From NCBI RefSeq assembly GCF_051903065.1, contig NZ_CP178438.1: a stretch of 64,000 nt of DNA; one strand, written 5' to 3'. The DNA comes from Escherichia coli. GTDB taxonomy: Bacteria > Pseudomonadota > Gammaproteobacteria > Enterobacterales > Enterobacteriaceae. The notes under the pieces were generated by a model, which saw only the letters and a list, made by a program, of their open reading frames with translations, ran no database searches and was not told the origin of the DNA. Shown here in pieces: positions 1 through 10,269 of the stretch. Positions within the stretch are counted from its first letter, which is position 1, and every line of letters starts with the position of its first letter. The position numbers were made by a program, and so were the translations under genes.

Positions 1-518
1 TGCTACAACAGTCTCTGCGCGGCGAACCGCTCAACCTGCGGGTGTTGATTCGCCAGCCGCTGGTGTTCCCGGAAACCTTGCCGTTGTTACCTGCCCTGGA
101 GCAGTTCCGTAATGCCCGCACGCACTTTGCTTTTGTGGTGGATGAGTTTGGCTCGGTGGAAGGGATTGTGACATTAAGTGACGTCACTGAAACCATTGCC
201 GGTAACTTACCGAACGAAGTGGAAGAGATCGACGCCCGCCATGATATTCAGAAGAATGCGGACGGTTCCTGGACGGCGAATGGTCATATGCCGCTGGAAG
301 ATCTGGTGCAATATGTGCCGCTGCCGCTGGATGAAAAACGTGAATATCACACCATTGCCGGGCTGTTGATGGAGTATTTGCAGCGTATTCCAAAACCTGG
401 CGAAGAAGTTCAGGTAGGGGATTATTTGCTTAAAACGTTGCAGGTAGAAAGCCATCGCGTGCAGAAGGTGCAGATTATACCGCTGCGTAAGGATGGCGAG
501 ATGGAGTACGAGGTGTGA
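1..518 (+). CDS. yegH: YegH-like membrane protein, C-terminal part (CBS pair + CorC/HlyC transporter-associated domain); 5' end lies outside the window
   Basis: Frame open from window start to stop at 516-518; the track ORF 42..518 is only the part after an internal Met. Translation ends in a CorC_HlyC-type domain. Position convergent with asmA matches the E. coli locus. Confidence 0.75.
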   Translation, partial: LQQSLRGEPLNLRVLIRQPLVFPETLPLLPALEQFRNARTHFAFVVDEFGSVEGIVTLSDVTETIAGNLPNEVEEIDARHDIQKNADGSWTANGHMPLEDLVQYVPLPLDEKREYHTIAGLLMEYLQRIPKPGEEVQVGDYLLKTLQVESHRVQKVQIIPLRKDGEMEYEV

Positions 519-689
519 TGGTATCGGTCATTTTACCCGATGCTGCGTAACGCCTTATAACTTCAGCAATGAAGCGTTGTCTGTGGTACATGGACATTAC
601 AGCGGGGGGGTGGGTCCGGCTGTAAATCGCCGAATCGTTTCCTGTGGCCGGGGCAGCCCACATGGATGTGGGCTGAGGGCGCGTTTTAC

Positions 690-2095
690 AGGGATAATGA
701 GATGGACGCTCCAGATTTTACGGTATCAAAGTACCAGACTGGATCGTTGCAATACGTCCTGAAAAATTAGGAGCGTCCACATGAAAGTATCAACTCTTGG
801 TATCGACCTGGCAAAGAACGTTTTTCAGCTTCATGGTGTCGATCATGAAGGCCATACTATTTTGCGTAAAAAGCTCACCCGGGCTAAGTTTGTTCAGTTT
901 GTGATTCAACTGGAACCTTGTCTGATTGGCATGGAAGCCTGCTCATCCAGTCATTATTTTGCGCGATTATTCACCCGCTATGGTCATGAGGTAAAACTCA
1001 TACCTCCGCAGTATGTGAAGCCTTATGTGAAAACGAACAAGACGGATGCAGCAGATGCTGAAGCAATCTGCGAAGCGGTAACCCGTCCGAATATGCGTTT
1101 TGTTCAGATAAAAAACGAAGAGCAGCAGGCCGTTTTAGCGTTACACACTGAACGGGGAATACTTATCCGTGAGCGGATTGCCTGTGCCAATAGTTTAAGA
1201 GCCACACTTGCTGAGTTTGGTATTACGATTGCGGCCGGACAAAGCCATTTAACCCGTGAGCTGCCAGCCATTCTGGAGGATAGCGAAAATGGTTTATCTC
1301 CCTTTGTCAGAACCAGCATCTACAGACAGTCTAAACATATCCGGGAACTTGAAGAACAAGTTAAACAGGTAGAAGAAGCTCTGGCCTCCTGGTATAGAAC
1401 GCAGGAAGCCTGCCAGAGAATGGCCAAAATCCCGGGGGTTGGCATGCTAACGGCCACTTATGTGGTAGCAGCAGTGGGTAATGCCCGACAATTCAGTACC
1501 GCAAAGCAGTTCGCTTCATGGCTGGGGCTGACACCAAAGGAACATTCCAGCGGCGGGAAACAGCAACTGGGAGGGATCAGCAAACGTGGAGATGGATATT
1601 TCCGATACCTGCTGGTTCACGGCGCACGCGCACTTACCGCCTGGGTCAACCGAAACGGCGCGGTTGAGGAGAATTCCTGGCTTCAGGGACTCCTTGAGCG
1701 GAAGCACTACAATGTAGCTGTTGTCGCCATGGCGGCAAAAACAGCGAGGATCATGTGGTCAATGTTGTCACACAATACTGAATATCAACCTCGGCAGCTC
1801 GCCTGACACAAGGTCAGTCAATCTGACGAGGTGCTGAAAAAAAGTTAACGTCCTGGTAGGTGCAGGTGACTTCAGAAGATGGCAAAACAGGTAAGACCGC
1901 AGGCAGGATACACCGAGAGGTAACAAGGGCAAGTTAGCCCGTAGAGGATGATTGGTACCTGCCTGGCGGATTTCATCATGGTTCGGGATAAAAATCCCAT
2001 CAGAAACCGGATATATGGCTGCACCTACCCGTTTTATTACATAACTGAAGAAAGCATTGCATTCCGGGAGCGTCCATATATGTTACCTCGTGCCC
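690..2095 (+). mobile_element. IS110/IS1111-family insertion sequence (boundaries approximate)
   Basis: Single transposase ORF with short 5' and ~280 bp 3' non-coding regions. A 10-bp motif GGAGCGTCCA occurs at 770-779 and 2067-2076, with its inverse TGGACGCTCC at 703-712. A REP element lies immediately to the right. Exact termini cannot be fixed without an empty-site comparison. Confidence 0.5.
781..1806 (+). CDS. IS110-family (IS1111-group-like) DEDD transposase, 341 aa
   Basis: SD AGGAG (769-773) 7 nt before the ATG. N-terminal LGIDLAKN...D and C-terminal IPGVG...LGISKRG motifs are typical of IS110/IS1111 transposases; overall resemblance to IS4321/IS5075-type proteins is from memory. Confidence 0.8.
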   Translation: MKVSTLGIDLAKNVFQLHGVDHEGHTILRKKLTRAKFVQFVIQLEPCLIGMEACSSSHYFARLFTRYGHEVKLIPPQYVKPYVKTNKTDAADAEAICEAVTRPNMRFVQIKNEEQQAVLALHTERGILIRERIACANSLRATLAEFGITIAAGQSHLTRELPAILEDSENGLSPFVRTSIYRQSKHIRELEEQVKQVEEALASWYRTQEACQRMAKIPGVGMLTATYVVAAVGNARQFSTAKQFASWLGLTPKEHSSGGKQQLGGISKRGDGYFRYLLVHGARALTAWVNRNGAVEENSWLQGLLERKHYNVAVVAMAAKTARIMWSMLSHNTEYQPRQLA

Positions 2096-2289
2096 GTACC
2101 CGATAGCCGCAAGGAATAAGATGAGGGAACCGCGCCAGCGGCGATTTACCGCCGGGAGCCCGGGTTGCCAGGGTGGTGGCGATTGAGCCACCCTGGCACG
2201 TTCACCGGCTTGAGCCTTCCATAGTAGCGAGGAACATCAAGTGAACGGAACAGCCTTCGATCTTACATATTCAGAATATAATGGTGCCG

Positions 2290-2335
2290 CCGCGAACGCC
2301 TGATGCGACGCTTTACGCGTCTTATCAGGCCTACA
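2290..2335. repeat. REP (repetitive extragenic palindrome) element
   Basis: GCCTGATGCGACGCTTTACGCGTCTTATCAGGCCTAC is a canonical E. coli REP palindrome, between the IS and the asmA stop. Confidence 0.7.
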
Positions 2336-2354
2336 GGACAGCTCACCAGGTAAC

Positions 2355-4208
2355 CTACATCTTCTCCAGCAACTTCTTCACATCTTTGCCATTGCGGGAA
2401 TCTTTATTCCGCTCGGCCCAGTCATTCAGGCGACGTTTCGCTTCGTCCTGTAGATGTTTGCGCAGCAGCTGGTCCACTTGCAGGCTGTAATTGAGTTGCT
2501 GCCAGTTGCCATAAACCCGCAGCGGTACTGGCGTTTCTTTGAGGAAATCAATCAGTTTACTTTCCCCGTTCCAGCCACCCACGACCCGAATATCAAACTG
2601 GGTGTCGCAGGTTTGATCTGCCAGATTCAACATGCCTTCCCCTGTCAACGCCAGCACAGGCGATTGACCTTGCATGTCGTTTAACGTCACGACGCCATCC
2701 TTCAACGTCAAATCGGTGGTAAAGCGGTCAAGACGCGTTACGTTATCGAAGTTTTCAGCGGCCTTCACATCACCACCATTACGTTCTACCGCTTGCTGAA
2801 TCATCTGCTGGAAGTTCATCCCTTGCATGCGCGTATCGGCCATTTCGACATGCGCCGTCCCCTGCCAGTTGTGGCGGAATGCGTCGGCATCTATGTCAGC
2901 ACCGGAGAAATCACCAGCCAGTGACATCTTTCCGGTCAACGAAATCGGATAGTTAAACGCCTTCAGAATGGTGCCAATCTCAACGTTTTCCAGCCGTGGC
3001 TGAAAGTTTATCCGCGGATTTATTGATGTCGCGTCCAGCGTGCCCGGCAGTGAAACCTGTCCACCGTTAAGTTTGCCCTGCAGTTGAGTAATTTCCAGCA
3101 AACCCGACTTGTTGGTCATTTGCGTGGCAACATCTGTAAAATTCATTCCGCGCCAGCGCACGTTACTGGCCTGCAACAAAATATCAGCCGTAAAGCCTTG
3201 CAGTCCCTGATAGGCCGGTTCATCAATACGCGAAGAAATAACCGGGCGCGGCAACGTTGATTGGCTCTGCCCCTGCTGCGCGGCACCGTTTTCACCATTC
3301 GCGGTTTCATTAAGCGGGATGAGGTTGTCAAGATTCAGTTGCGGGAATTGCAGTCTCAGCTGCCATTCCGGTTTCTCTGTCAGCGTGACCTGTGCTTGCC
3401 CGCTCAGCGTACTATCATTGGCGGTCAAACTAATTTGGTTAAATGAAAGGCGTTTATGTGACTCCTGCCACTGGGCCAGGAAACTCCCCTGCCCCTGAAT
3501 ACCTTGTTTTGGTAAATCGGCACCCTGCAACTGCCAGTTAATTTGTTCAATAGCCGCCGTTAAATCATGCGGATAATCAGAAGCATCTACCGTACCGTTA
3601 AGGGATATCGTGAGATCGCGCTGATCGCGATTAACCCGCCCGGAGAACTCAAATGAGCCACGATGTTGGGGATCTTGTTCCATTTGCAGGCGGATATTGC
3701 GGATTGTCACCTGCTCGTCATCTTCATGCTGGAACACCAGAACGCTGTCCGCCACCTTAAGACTGGATATATCAAACGACCATCCGCGATCGTCTGACAG
3801 ATCCGGCAAGGTATTGTCGCGCGGTGCAACCGGAGCGTCTTCACTGCGCACCGCTTCCGTCTGCGGCGTCAGTTGGATCACTGCCCCTTTTAGCATCACC
3901 TGCTTAACGCTCAGTTGATGACTCAGTAGTGGTAAAAGCGCCACGTCCAGACGCATGTTATCGGCGCGAACCAGTGGCTGGCTTGCGCCCTGGGCGGTGA
4001 GAGACATTCGCCCGGAGAGGATACTAAGCTGCGGCCAGACGTGCCAACGCAGTGGCCCGTCGAGCTGCAATTGATAACCGCTACGTGCAGCAACTTGCTT
4101 GACCATATAGTCGCGGAAATCATTCGGATTCACCAGCAACACTAACGCAGATAACCCGGCCACCAGCACGACCAGGAGTATCATCAGCGTCGTCAGAAAT
4201 CGTCTCAT
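2355..4208 (-). CDS. asmA: Outer-membrane assembly protein AsmA, 617 aa
   Basis: 617-aa ORF with N-terminal signal-anchor; recognised as AsmA by sequence and by position before dcd-udk. Confidence 0.9.
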   Translation of the reverse strand: MRRFLTTLMILLVVLVAGLSALVLLVNPNDFRDYMVKQVAARSGYQLQLDGPLRWHVWPQLSILSGRMSLTAQGASQPLVRADNMRLDVALLPLLSHQLSVKQVMLKGAVIQLTPQTEAVRSEDAPVAPRDNTLPDLSDDRGWSFDISSLKVADSVLVFQHEDDEQVTIRNIRLQMEQDPQHRGSFEFSGRVNRDQRDLTISLNGTVDASDYPHDLTAAIEQINWQLQGADLPKQGIQGQGSFLAQWQESHKRLSFNQISLTANDSTLSGQAQVTLTEKPEWQLRLQFPQLNLDNLIPLNETANGENGAAQQGQSQSTLPRPVISSRIDEPAYQGLQGFTADILLQASNVRWRGMNFTDVATQMTNKSGLLEITQLQGKLNGGQVSLPGTLDATSINPRINFQPRLENVEIGTILKAFNYPISLTGKMSLAGDFSGADIDADAFRHNWQGTAHVEMADTRMQGMNFQQMIQQAVERNGGDVKAAENFDNVTRLDRFTTDLTLKDGVVTLNDMQGQSPVLALTGEGMLNLADQTCDTQFDIRVVGGWNGESKLIDFLKETPVPLRVYGNWQQLNYSLQVDQLLRKHLQDEAKRRLNDWAERNKDSRNGKDVKKLLEKM

Positions 4209-4229
4209 GGTATCCTCAATGGGCCTGAA

Positions 4230-4811
4230 TTAGTCTTTATCGATTCGGCTGGCTACCGCGCCCTGCTGGTTGCGATATTTCGCATCTTCACGGCGGTTGT
4301 AAGGTCGCGCCGCCGGGCCGGAAAGCGGCTCAAAGCTCAGCGCACCAATTAACATGCCCGGACGTAGCGCCAGCGGCAGCTTACCGGAGTTGTAGAACTC
4401 CAGCACAATGCAGCCAGACCAGCCCGGATCGATGCGGTGCGCGGTGACGTGCACCATCAGCCCCAGACGCGCCAGTGAGGAACGCCCGTCCAGCCAGCCC
4501 ACCAGATCGGCTGGCAGCGTCACCGACTCCAGCGTCACCGCCAGCGCCAGCTCTCCTGGGTGAAGATAGAACGCCTCGCTTTCATCGAGAACGATCTCAT
4601 CGCTCATCACGCGGTCAAGCGCGGCGCTCACTTCATCTTTGGGACCGCTCAGATCGATAAACGCTGCCGTGTGACCACGGAAGGTACGAAATTTATTGCC
4701 CAGGCGCACATCCACCGTCGCGCCGTTAATACGCTCCACTGGCGGACGTGGGTTGATCGACAAACGGCCTTCATCAAGCCAGGCTTCAATATCTCGGTCA
4801 CACAGACGCAT
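4230..4811 (-). CDS. dcd: dCTP deaminase, 193 aa
   Basis: 193-aa ORF; dCTP deaminase family; conserved dcd-udk pairing. Confidence 0.9.
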   Translation of the reverse strand: MRLCDRDIEAWLDEGRLSINPRPPVERINGATVDVRLGNKFRTFRGHTAAFIDLSGPKDEVSAALDRVMSDEIVLDESEAFYLHPGELALAVTLESVTLPADLVGWLDGRSSLARLGLMVHVTAHRIDPGWSGCIVLEFYNSGKLPLALRPGMLIGALSFEPLSGPAARPYNRREDAKYRNQQGAVASRIDKD

Positions 4812-4902
4812 GGCATTTTCTCCTTTCGCGCATCACTCCCTTAACGCCAATTACGTCAAGGGCATACCAGGTTATCACTGAACGGTACACAATTTATCAA
4901 GC

Positions 4903-5544
4903 TTATTCAAAGAACTGACTTATTTTCGCTTTCAATATATCGATCGCGATGCGGTTTTTCCCGCCGCGCGGCACGATAATGTCCGCATATTGTTTAGAAG
5001 GCTCAATGAATTGCAGGAACATCGGGCGCACGGTTTTTTGATATTGCGCCATCACGGAATCCATTGAACGCCCACGCTCGTTAACGTCACGCTTGATGCG
5101 GCGCATCAGGCAGATATCCAGCGGGGTATCAACGAAAATGGAGAAGTTAAGTTCGTCACGCAAACGCGCATCCGTCAGCAACAAAATGCCTTCGAGAATG
5201 ATGACCTTCTTCGGCTCAACCGTCACCGTTTCTTTCATACGCGTATGTTCAACATAGCTGTAAACCGGCAGGTCAATTGCCGAGCCGCGTTTCAACGCTT
5301 GTAAATGCTCAAGCAGCAGGCTGTGATCCATCGCGCTGGGATGGTCGTAGTTGGTCTTAACGCGTTCTTCCATCGACAGATGGCTTTGATCTTTGTAATA
5401 GCAGTCTTCGGGAATTACGCCGATGTGTTCATCACCGACTTGCTCACGTAATTCACGATAAAGGGTACTGGCAATAAGACTCTTGCCGGAAGCCGATGCG
5501 CCAGCGATACCGATAATGACGCACTGATGAGACTGATCAGTCAT
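4903..5544 (-). CDS. udk: Uridine/cytidine kinase, 213 aa
   Basis: P-loop [11 protein letters not shown]; start taken at MTDQSHQ (track ORF extends 21 codons further upstream to 5607). Confidence 0.9.
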
Positions 5545-5861
5545 ATATTTAGCGACCTGATTAACCTGGATGTTAGGAAGGGGGCGACGAAGCGCCAAAC
5601 GCGGCAATTATAGGGATTTCATCCGCCTGATACCAGTCGAATAGCGTTGCCGCGCGCTCAGAGTTAATTGTTGACAAAGAATTCCTGGTGGCAAATTACG
5701 TTGATTAGTTTTATGTAAGGTAAAAAATGTTATACGCAGTTGCGCAAATTATCCGCCTTTACGTCACTTTATGAGCAATTCGCATATAAAATGTAAAACT
5801 TTTGTACTAGCATAAACACAGAAACGAATACTGGCGACCTGGCCTTGCGGATAAAGCGGTA

Positions 5862-8800
5862 ATGAGCAAACAATCACAGCATGTATTAATTGCCCTGCCC
5901 CACCCGCTGCTTCACCTGGTCAGTTTAGGTTTAGTCTCGTTTATCTTTACCCTTTTCTCGCTTGAGCTTTCGCAGTTTGGCACCCAACTCGCCCCACTGT
6001 GGTTCCCGACGTCCATCATGATGGTGGCGTTTTATCGCCATGCCGGGCGCATGTGGCCGGGAATTGCGCTGAGCTGTTCGCTGGGAAATATCGCCGCATC
6101 CATCCTGCTTTTTTCCACCAGCTCGCTGAACATGACCTGGACGACTATCAATATTGTTGAAGCCGTGGTCGGGGCAGTGCTGCTACGTAAATTGCTGCCG
6201 TGGTATAACCCCTTGCAAAATCTGGCTGACTGGCTGCGTCTGGCACTCGGCAGCGCCATTGTTCCACCTCTGTTGGGGGGTGTTCTGGTTGTCCTGCTGA
6301 CGCCCGGAGACGATCCTCTCAGGGCATTTTTGATATGGGTACTGTCAGAATCCATCGGCGCTCTGGCACTGGTGCCGCTGGGATTGTTATTTAAACCACA
6401 CTATCTGCTGCGCCATCGCAACCCACGGTTGCTTTTTGAGTCGCTGCTCACGTTAGCCATCACACTGACGTTAAGCTGGCTTTCGATGCTGTATCTGCCG
6501 TGGCCTTTTACTTTCATTATTGTGCTGTTGATGTGGAGCGCCGTGCGCCTGCCACGAATGGAAGCCTTTTTGATCTTCCTTACCACGGTGATGATGGTGT
6601 CGCTGATGATGGCCGCGGATCCCTCCCTGCTTGCTACGCCGCGTACGTACCTGATGAGCCATATGCCGTGGCTACCGTTTTTGCTGATCCTGCTGCCCGC
6701 CAACATCATGACGATGGTGATGTATGCCTTTCGTGCGGAACGCAAACACATTTCCGAAAGCGAAACCCGCTTTCGAAACGCCATGGAATATTCCGCTATC
6801 GGCATGGCGTTAGTGGGCACCGAGGGACAATGGCTGCAATCCAACAAAGCACTCTGCCAGTTTCTCGGTTACAGTCAGGAAGAGCTGCGCGGACTCACCT
6901 TTCAGCAACTGACCTGGCCGGAGGATCTCAATAAAGATCTCCAACAGGTTGAAAAGCTGATAAGCGGTGAAATAAACACCTATTCAATGGAAAAACGTTA
7001 CTACAACCGCAATGGCGATGTTGTCTGGGCGTTGCTTGCCGTCTCTCTGGTGCGCCACACGGATGGCACGCCGCTCTATTTTATCGCTCAGATTGAAGAC
7101 ATTAACGAGCTAAAACGCACCGAACAGGTGAATCAGCAACTGATGGAGCGCATCACGCTGGCTAACGAAGCGGGCGGGATTGGCATCTGGGAGTGGGAGC
7201 TGAAGCCGAATATTTTTAGCTGGGATAAGCGGATGTTCGAACTGTATGAAATTCCTCCGCATATCAAACCGAACTGGCAGGTGTGGTACGAGTGCGTGCT
7301 GCCGGAAGATCGTCAACACGCCGAAAAAGTGATTCGTGATTCGTTGCAATCACGCTCGCCCTTTAAGCTGGAATTTCGCATTGCCGTGAAAGATGGCATC
7401 CGCCATATCCGCGCCCTCGCCAACCGGGTACTGAATAAAGAAGGCGAAGTCGAACGCCTGCTCGGCATTAATATGGATATGACCGAGGTTAAACAGCTTA
7501 ACGAGGCATTGTTTCAGGAAAAAGAGCGCCTGCACATTACGCTGGACTCCATTGGCGAAGCCGTAGTCTGTATTGATATGGCGATGAAAATTACCTTTAT
7601 GAATCCGGTGGCGGAGAAGATGAGCGGCTGGACGCAGGAAGAAGCATTAGGTGTTCCGCTCCTGACGGTGTTGCATATTACTTTTGGCGACAACGGGCCA
7701 TTAATGGAGAATATTTACAGTGCCGACACCTCACGTTCCGCGATCGAACAAGACGTGGTGTTGCACTGTCGGAGCGGCGGCAGCTACGACGTGCATTACA
7801 GTATTACGCCGTTAAGTACTCTGGACGGCAGCAATATTGGTTCGGTTCTGGTGATTCAGGACGTTACCGAATCACGCAAAATGCTGCGCCAGCTGAGCTA
7901 CAGCGCCTCCCATGATGCACTGACGCATCTCGCCAACCGCGCCAGTTTTGAGAAACAACTGCGTATCCTGCTGCAAACGGTAAACAGTACGCATCAGCGA
8001 CATGCACTGGTGTTTATCGATCTTGATCGCTTTAAAGCGGTGAATGACAGCGCCGGGCATGCGGCGGGCGACGCTTTGCTGCGCGAACTGGCGTCGTTGA
8101 TGCTGAGTATGCTGCGCTCCAGTGACGTGCTGGCGAGGCTCGGCGGTGATGAATTTGGTCTGCTGCTGCCAGACTGCAATGTTGAAAGCGCTCGTTTTAT
8201 CGCTACACGTATTATCAGTGCTGTGAATGACTATCACTTTATATGGGAAGGCCGGGTACATCGGGTAGGTGCCAGCGCCGGGATTACCTTGATCGATGAC
8301 AACAATCATCAGGCGGCAGAACTGATGTCGCAGGCTGATATCGCCTGTTATGCCTCCAAAAATGGTGGCCGGGGCCGGGTGACGGTTTACGAACCGCAGC
8401 AAGCTGCCGCACATAGCGAACGGGCGGCGATGTCGCTTGATGAACAGTGGCGGATGATTAAAGAGAATCAGTTGATGATGCTCGCCCACGGTGTCGCTTC
8501 GCCACGGATCCCGGAAGCGCGTAATTTGTGGCTGATTTCACTTAAGCTCTGGAGTTGCGAAGGCGAGATTATTGATGAACAAACATTTCGTCGTAGCTTC
8601 AGCGATCCGGCGCTTAGCCATGCTCTTGACCGCCGGGTATTCCACGAATTTTTCCAGCAGGCCGCAAAAGCGGTTGCCAGTAAAGGCATAAGCATCGCCC
8701 TCCCCCTTTCCGTTGCCGGTTTGAGTAGCGCCACGCTGGTGAATGATCTGCTTGAGCAGCTGGAAAATAGCCCTCTACCACCACGGTTATTACATCTGAT

Positions 8801-9179
8801 TATTCCGGCTGAAGCGATTTTAGATCACGCAGAAAGCGTGCAAAAACTGCGGCTGGCGGGATGTCGGATAGTGCTCAGCCAGGTGGGCCGCGATCTGCAA
8901 ATCTTCAACTCGCTGAAAGCGAATATGGCAGATTACCTGCTACTTGATGGTGAGTTATGCGCCAACGTGCAGGGTAATTTGATGGATGAGATGCTGATTA
9001 CGATTATTCAGGGGCACGCTCAGCGACTCGGGATGAAAACCATCGCCGGGCCAGTCGTTTTACCGTTAGTGATGGATACGCTTTCTGGCATCGGCGTCGA
9101 TCTGATTTATGGTGATGTGATTGCCGATGCCCAACCGCTGGATTTGCTGGTGAATAGTAGTTATTTCGCGATTAACTGA
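5862..9179 (+). CDS. dgcE: Diguanylate cyclase DgcE (YegE): MASE1 membrane domain, PAS domains, GGDEF, degenerate EAL; 1105 aa
   Basis: 1105-aa ORF with a hydrophobic N-terminal third, then PAS-like repeats and GGDEF-type motifs (RLGGDEF). Confidence 0.85.
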   Translation: MSKQSQHVLIALPHPLLHLVSLGLVSFIFTLFSLELSQFGTQLAPLWFPTSIMMVAFYRHAGRMWPGIALSCSLGNIAASILLFSTSSLNMTWTTINIVEAVVGAVLLRKLLPWYNPLQNLADWLRLALGSAIVPPLLGGVLVVLLTPGDDPLRAFLIWVLSESIGALALVPLGLLFKPHYLLRHRNPRLLFESLLTLAITLTLSWLSMLYLPWPFTFIIVLLMWSAVRLPRMEAFLIFLTTVMMVSLMMAADPSLLATPRTYLMSHMPWLPFLLILLPANIMTMVMYAFRAERKHISESETRFRNAMEYSAIGMALVGTEGQWLQSNKALCQFLGYSQEELRGLTFQQLTWPEDLNKDLQQVEKLISGEINTYSMEKRYYNRNGDVVWALLAVSLVRHTDGTPLYFIAQIEDINELKRTEQVNQQLMERITLANEAGGIGIWEWELKPNIFSWDKRMFELYEIPPHIKPNWQVWYECVLPEDRQHAEKVIRDSLQSRSPFKLEFRIAVKDGIRHIRALANRVLNKEGEVERLLGINMDMTEVKQLNEALFQEKERLHITLDSIGEAVVCIDMAMKITFMNPVAEKMSGWTQEEALGVPLLTVLHITFGDNGPLMENIYSADTSRSAIEQDVVLHCRSGGSYDVHYSITPLSTLDGSNIGSVLVIQDVTESRKMLRQLSYSASHDALTHLANRASFEKQLRILLQTVNSTHQRHALVFIDLDRFKAVNDSAGHAAGDALLRELASLMLSMLRSSDVLARLGGDEFGLLLPDCNVESARFIATRIISAVNDYHFIWEGRVHRVGASAGITLIDDNNHQAAELMSQADIACYASKNGGRGRVTVYEPQQAAAHSERAAMSLDEQWRMIKENQLMMLAHGVASPRIPEARNLWLISLKLWSCEGEIIDEQTFRRSFSDPALSHALDRRVFHEFFQQAAKAVASKGISIALPLSVAGLSSATLVNDLLEQLENSPLPPRLLHLIIPAEAILDHAESVQKLRLAGCRIVLSQVGRDLQIFNSLKANMADYLLLDGELCANVQGNLMDEMLITIIQGHAQRLGMKTIAGPVVLPLVMDTLSGIGVDLIYGDVIADAQPLDLLVNSSYFAIN

Positions 9180-9194
9180 GGCGTGCTTCCCCAT

Positions 9195-9280
9195 CGCCTG
9201 ATGCGACGCTAACGCGTCTTATCAGGCCTACAAATCGCTCATTCCCCAGGCCGGATAAGGCGCTCGCACCGCATCCGGCG
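9195..9280. repeat. REP/BIME cluster (two REP units)
   Basis: GCCTGATGCGACGCTAACGCGTCTTATCAGGCCTAC and GCCGGATAAGGCGCTCGCACCGCATCCGGC between dgcE and alkA. Confidence 0.7.
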
Positions 9281-9287
9281 ACCAACG

Positions 9288-10136
9288 TCATGCTTTGTCT
9301 GGTTGCCAGCCTTCCGTATACCAGATATGCAACAGCGCATAAGAACGCCAGGGCTTCCAGCGTTCAGCATAACGGCGGATTTGTGCCGGTGTCATTCCCG
9401 GAAATCGCTGTTTAATCAGATAATCATCCGGCAGGAAAACATCTTTCGCCTGCCAGCCACGCAAAGCGAAATAATTCGCCGTCCAGCGCCCGATACCCGG
9501 AAAAGTTTGCAGCGTTTTCATCGCCTGCTCCACATCGCCCGGAATTGTCATTGGTAAGCTGCCCTCCAGCGCCGCATTTGCCAGATGAATCAGTGCCTCT
9601 GCCCGTTTCAACGGCATGCCTAACGCTTTTAATGCCTGCGGGTCGGCTGCTGCCAGCCGCTGAGGCGTGGGGAAGCAGATATACTCCGGAAAATCATCCA
9701 GCCGTTCGCCATAAAGCTGTGCCACTCTGGCGGTCAATTTTGCCGCCATCGCCACGCTCACCAGTTGGCCTAAAATCGCCCGCACGCCCTGCTCAAAAGC
9801 ATCAACACTGCCGGGTAAACGCAATCCGGGCCGCGCCGCGCCTAACTTGCCCAACGCACCGTTAACAATCTGCGGGTTACATTGCAGATCAAGCAGGCGG
9901 CTCATTTTCGCCAGACACTCAGCGGCAACGGGTTCTAAATCTGCACTTAAATTTATGTGCAGAGTATGGCGGGCTATATCCGGAATAGCAGTCACCACGC
10001 CGCGATATTCGCCCACCGCCAGACTACGGGCATAATAATCGTCAGCGACCGTTTCCACACCACTCACTGCACGGGCGGCGAGAAATCCCAACATCCACGA
10101 CCAGTCATACGGCGGCTGCCAGTTCAGGGTATACAT
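9288..10136 (-). CDS. alkA: 3-methyladenine DNA glycosylase II, 282 aa
   Basis: 282-aa ORF recognised as AlkA (HhH-GPD fold, e.g. LQTFPGIGRWTANYFALRG). Confidence 0.9.
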   Translation of the reverse strand: MYTLNWQPPYDWSWMLGFLAARAVSGVETVADDYYARSLAVGEYRGVVTAIPDIARHTLHINLSADLEPVAAECLAKMSRLLDLQCNPQIVNGALGKLGAARPGLRLPGSVDAFEQGVRAILGQLVSVAMAAKLTARVAQLYGERLDDFPEYICFPTPQRLAAADPQALKALGMPLKRAEALIHLANAALEGSLPMTIPGDVEQAMKTLQTFPGIGRWTANYFALRGWQAKDVFLPDDYLIKQRFPGMTPAQIRRYAERWKPWRSYALLHIWYTEGWQPDKA

Positions 10137-10269
10137 CGCATCTCCTTATTCATCCGCTTTCAGCATAAACGTTATTCAGACGCTGCGCTTTGCTTTCATA
10201 TTCCGGTTGTCGCGACGGCAACATTTCGCTAAAGTCACGCCCCTTCTTCACCGGCATGGGGATTATTTC

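Noticed and set aside
493-762. 89-aa ORF upstream of the IS110-family transposase
   Set aside because: Overlaps the yegH stop and the IS 5' leader with the SD-sequestering hairpin; no coding signature.
2000-2490. Small ORFs 2000..2191 (minus) and 2281..2490 (plus)
   Set aside because: They lie in the IS 3' non-coding region, the REP element and the 3' end of asmA; no RBS or conservation signal. The region is better explained as structured RNA and REP sequence.
6032-8734. Antisense and alternate-frame ORFs inside dgcE (for example 7872..8489, 205 aa)
   Set aside because: Nested within the 1105-aa dgcE frame, which has coherent domain architecture; no RBS or domain signal supports them.
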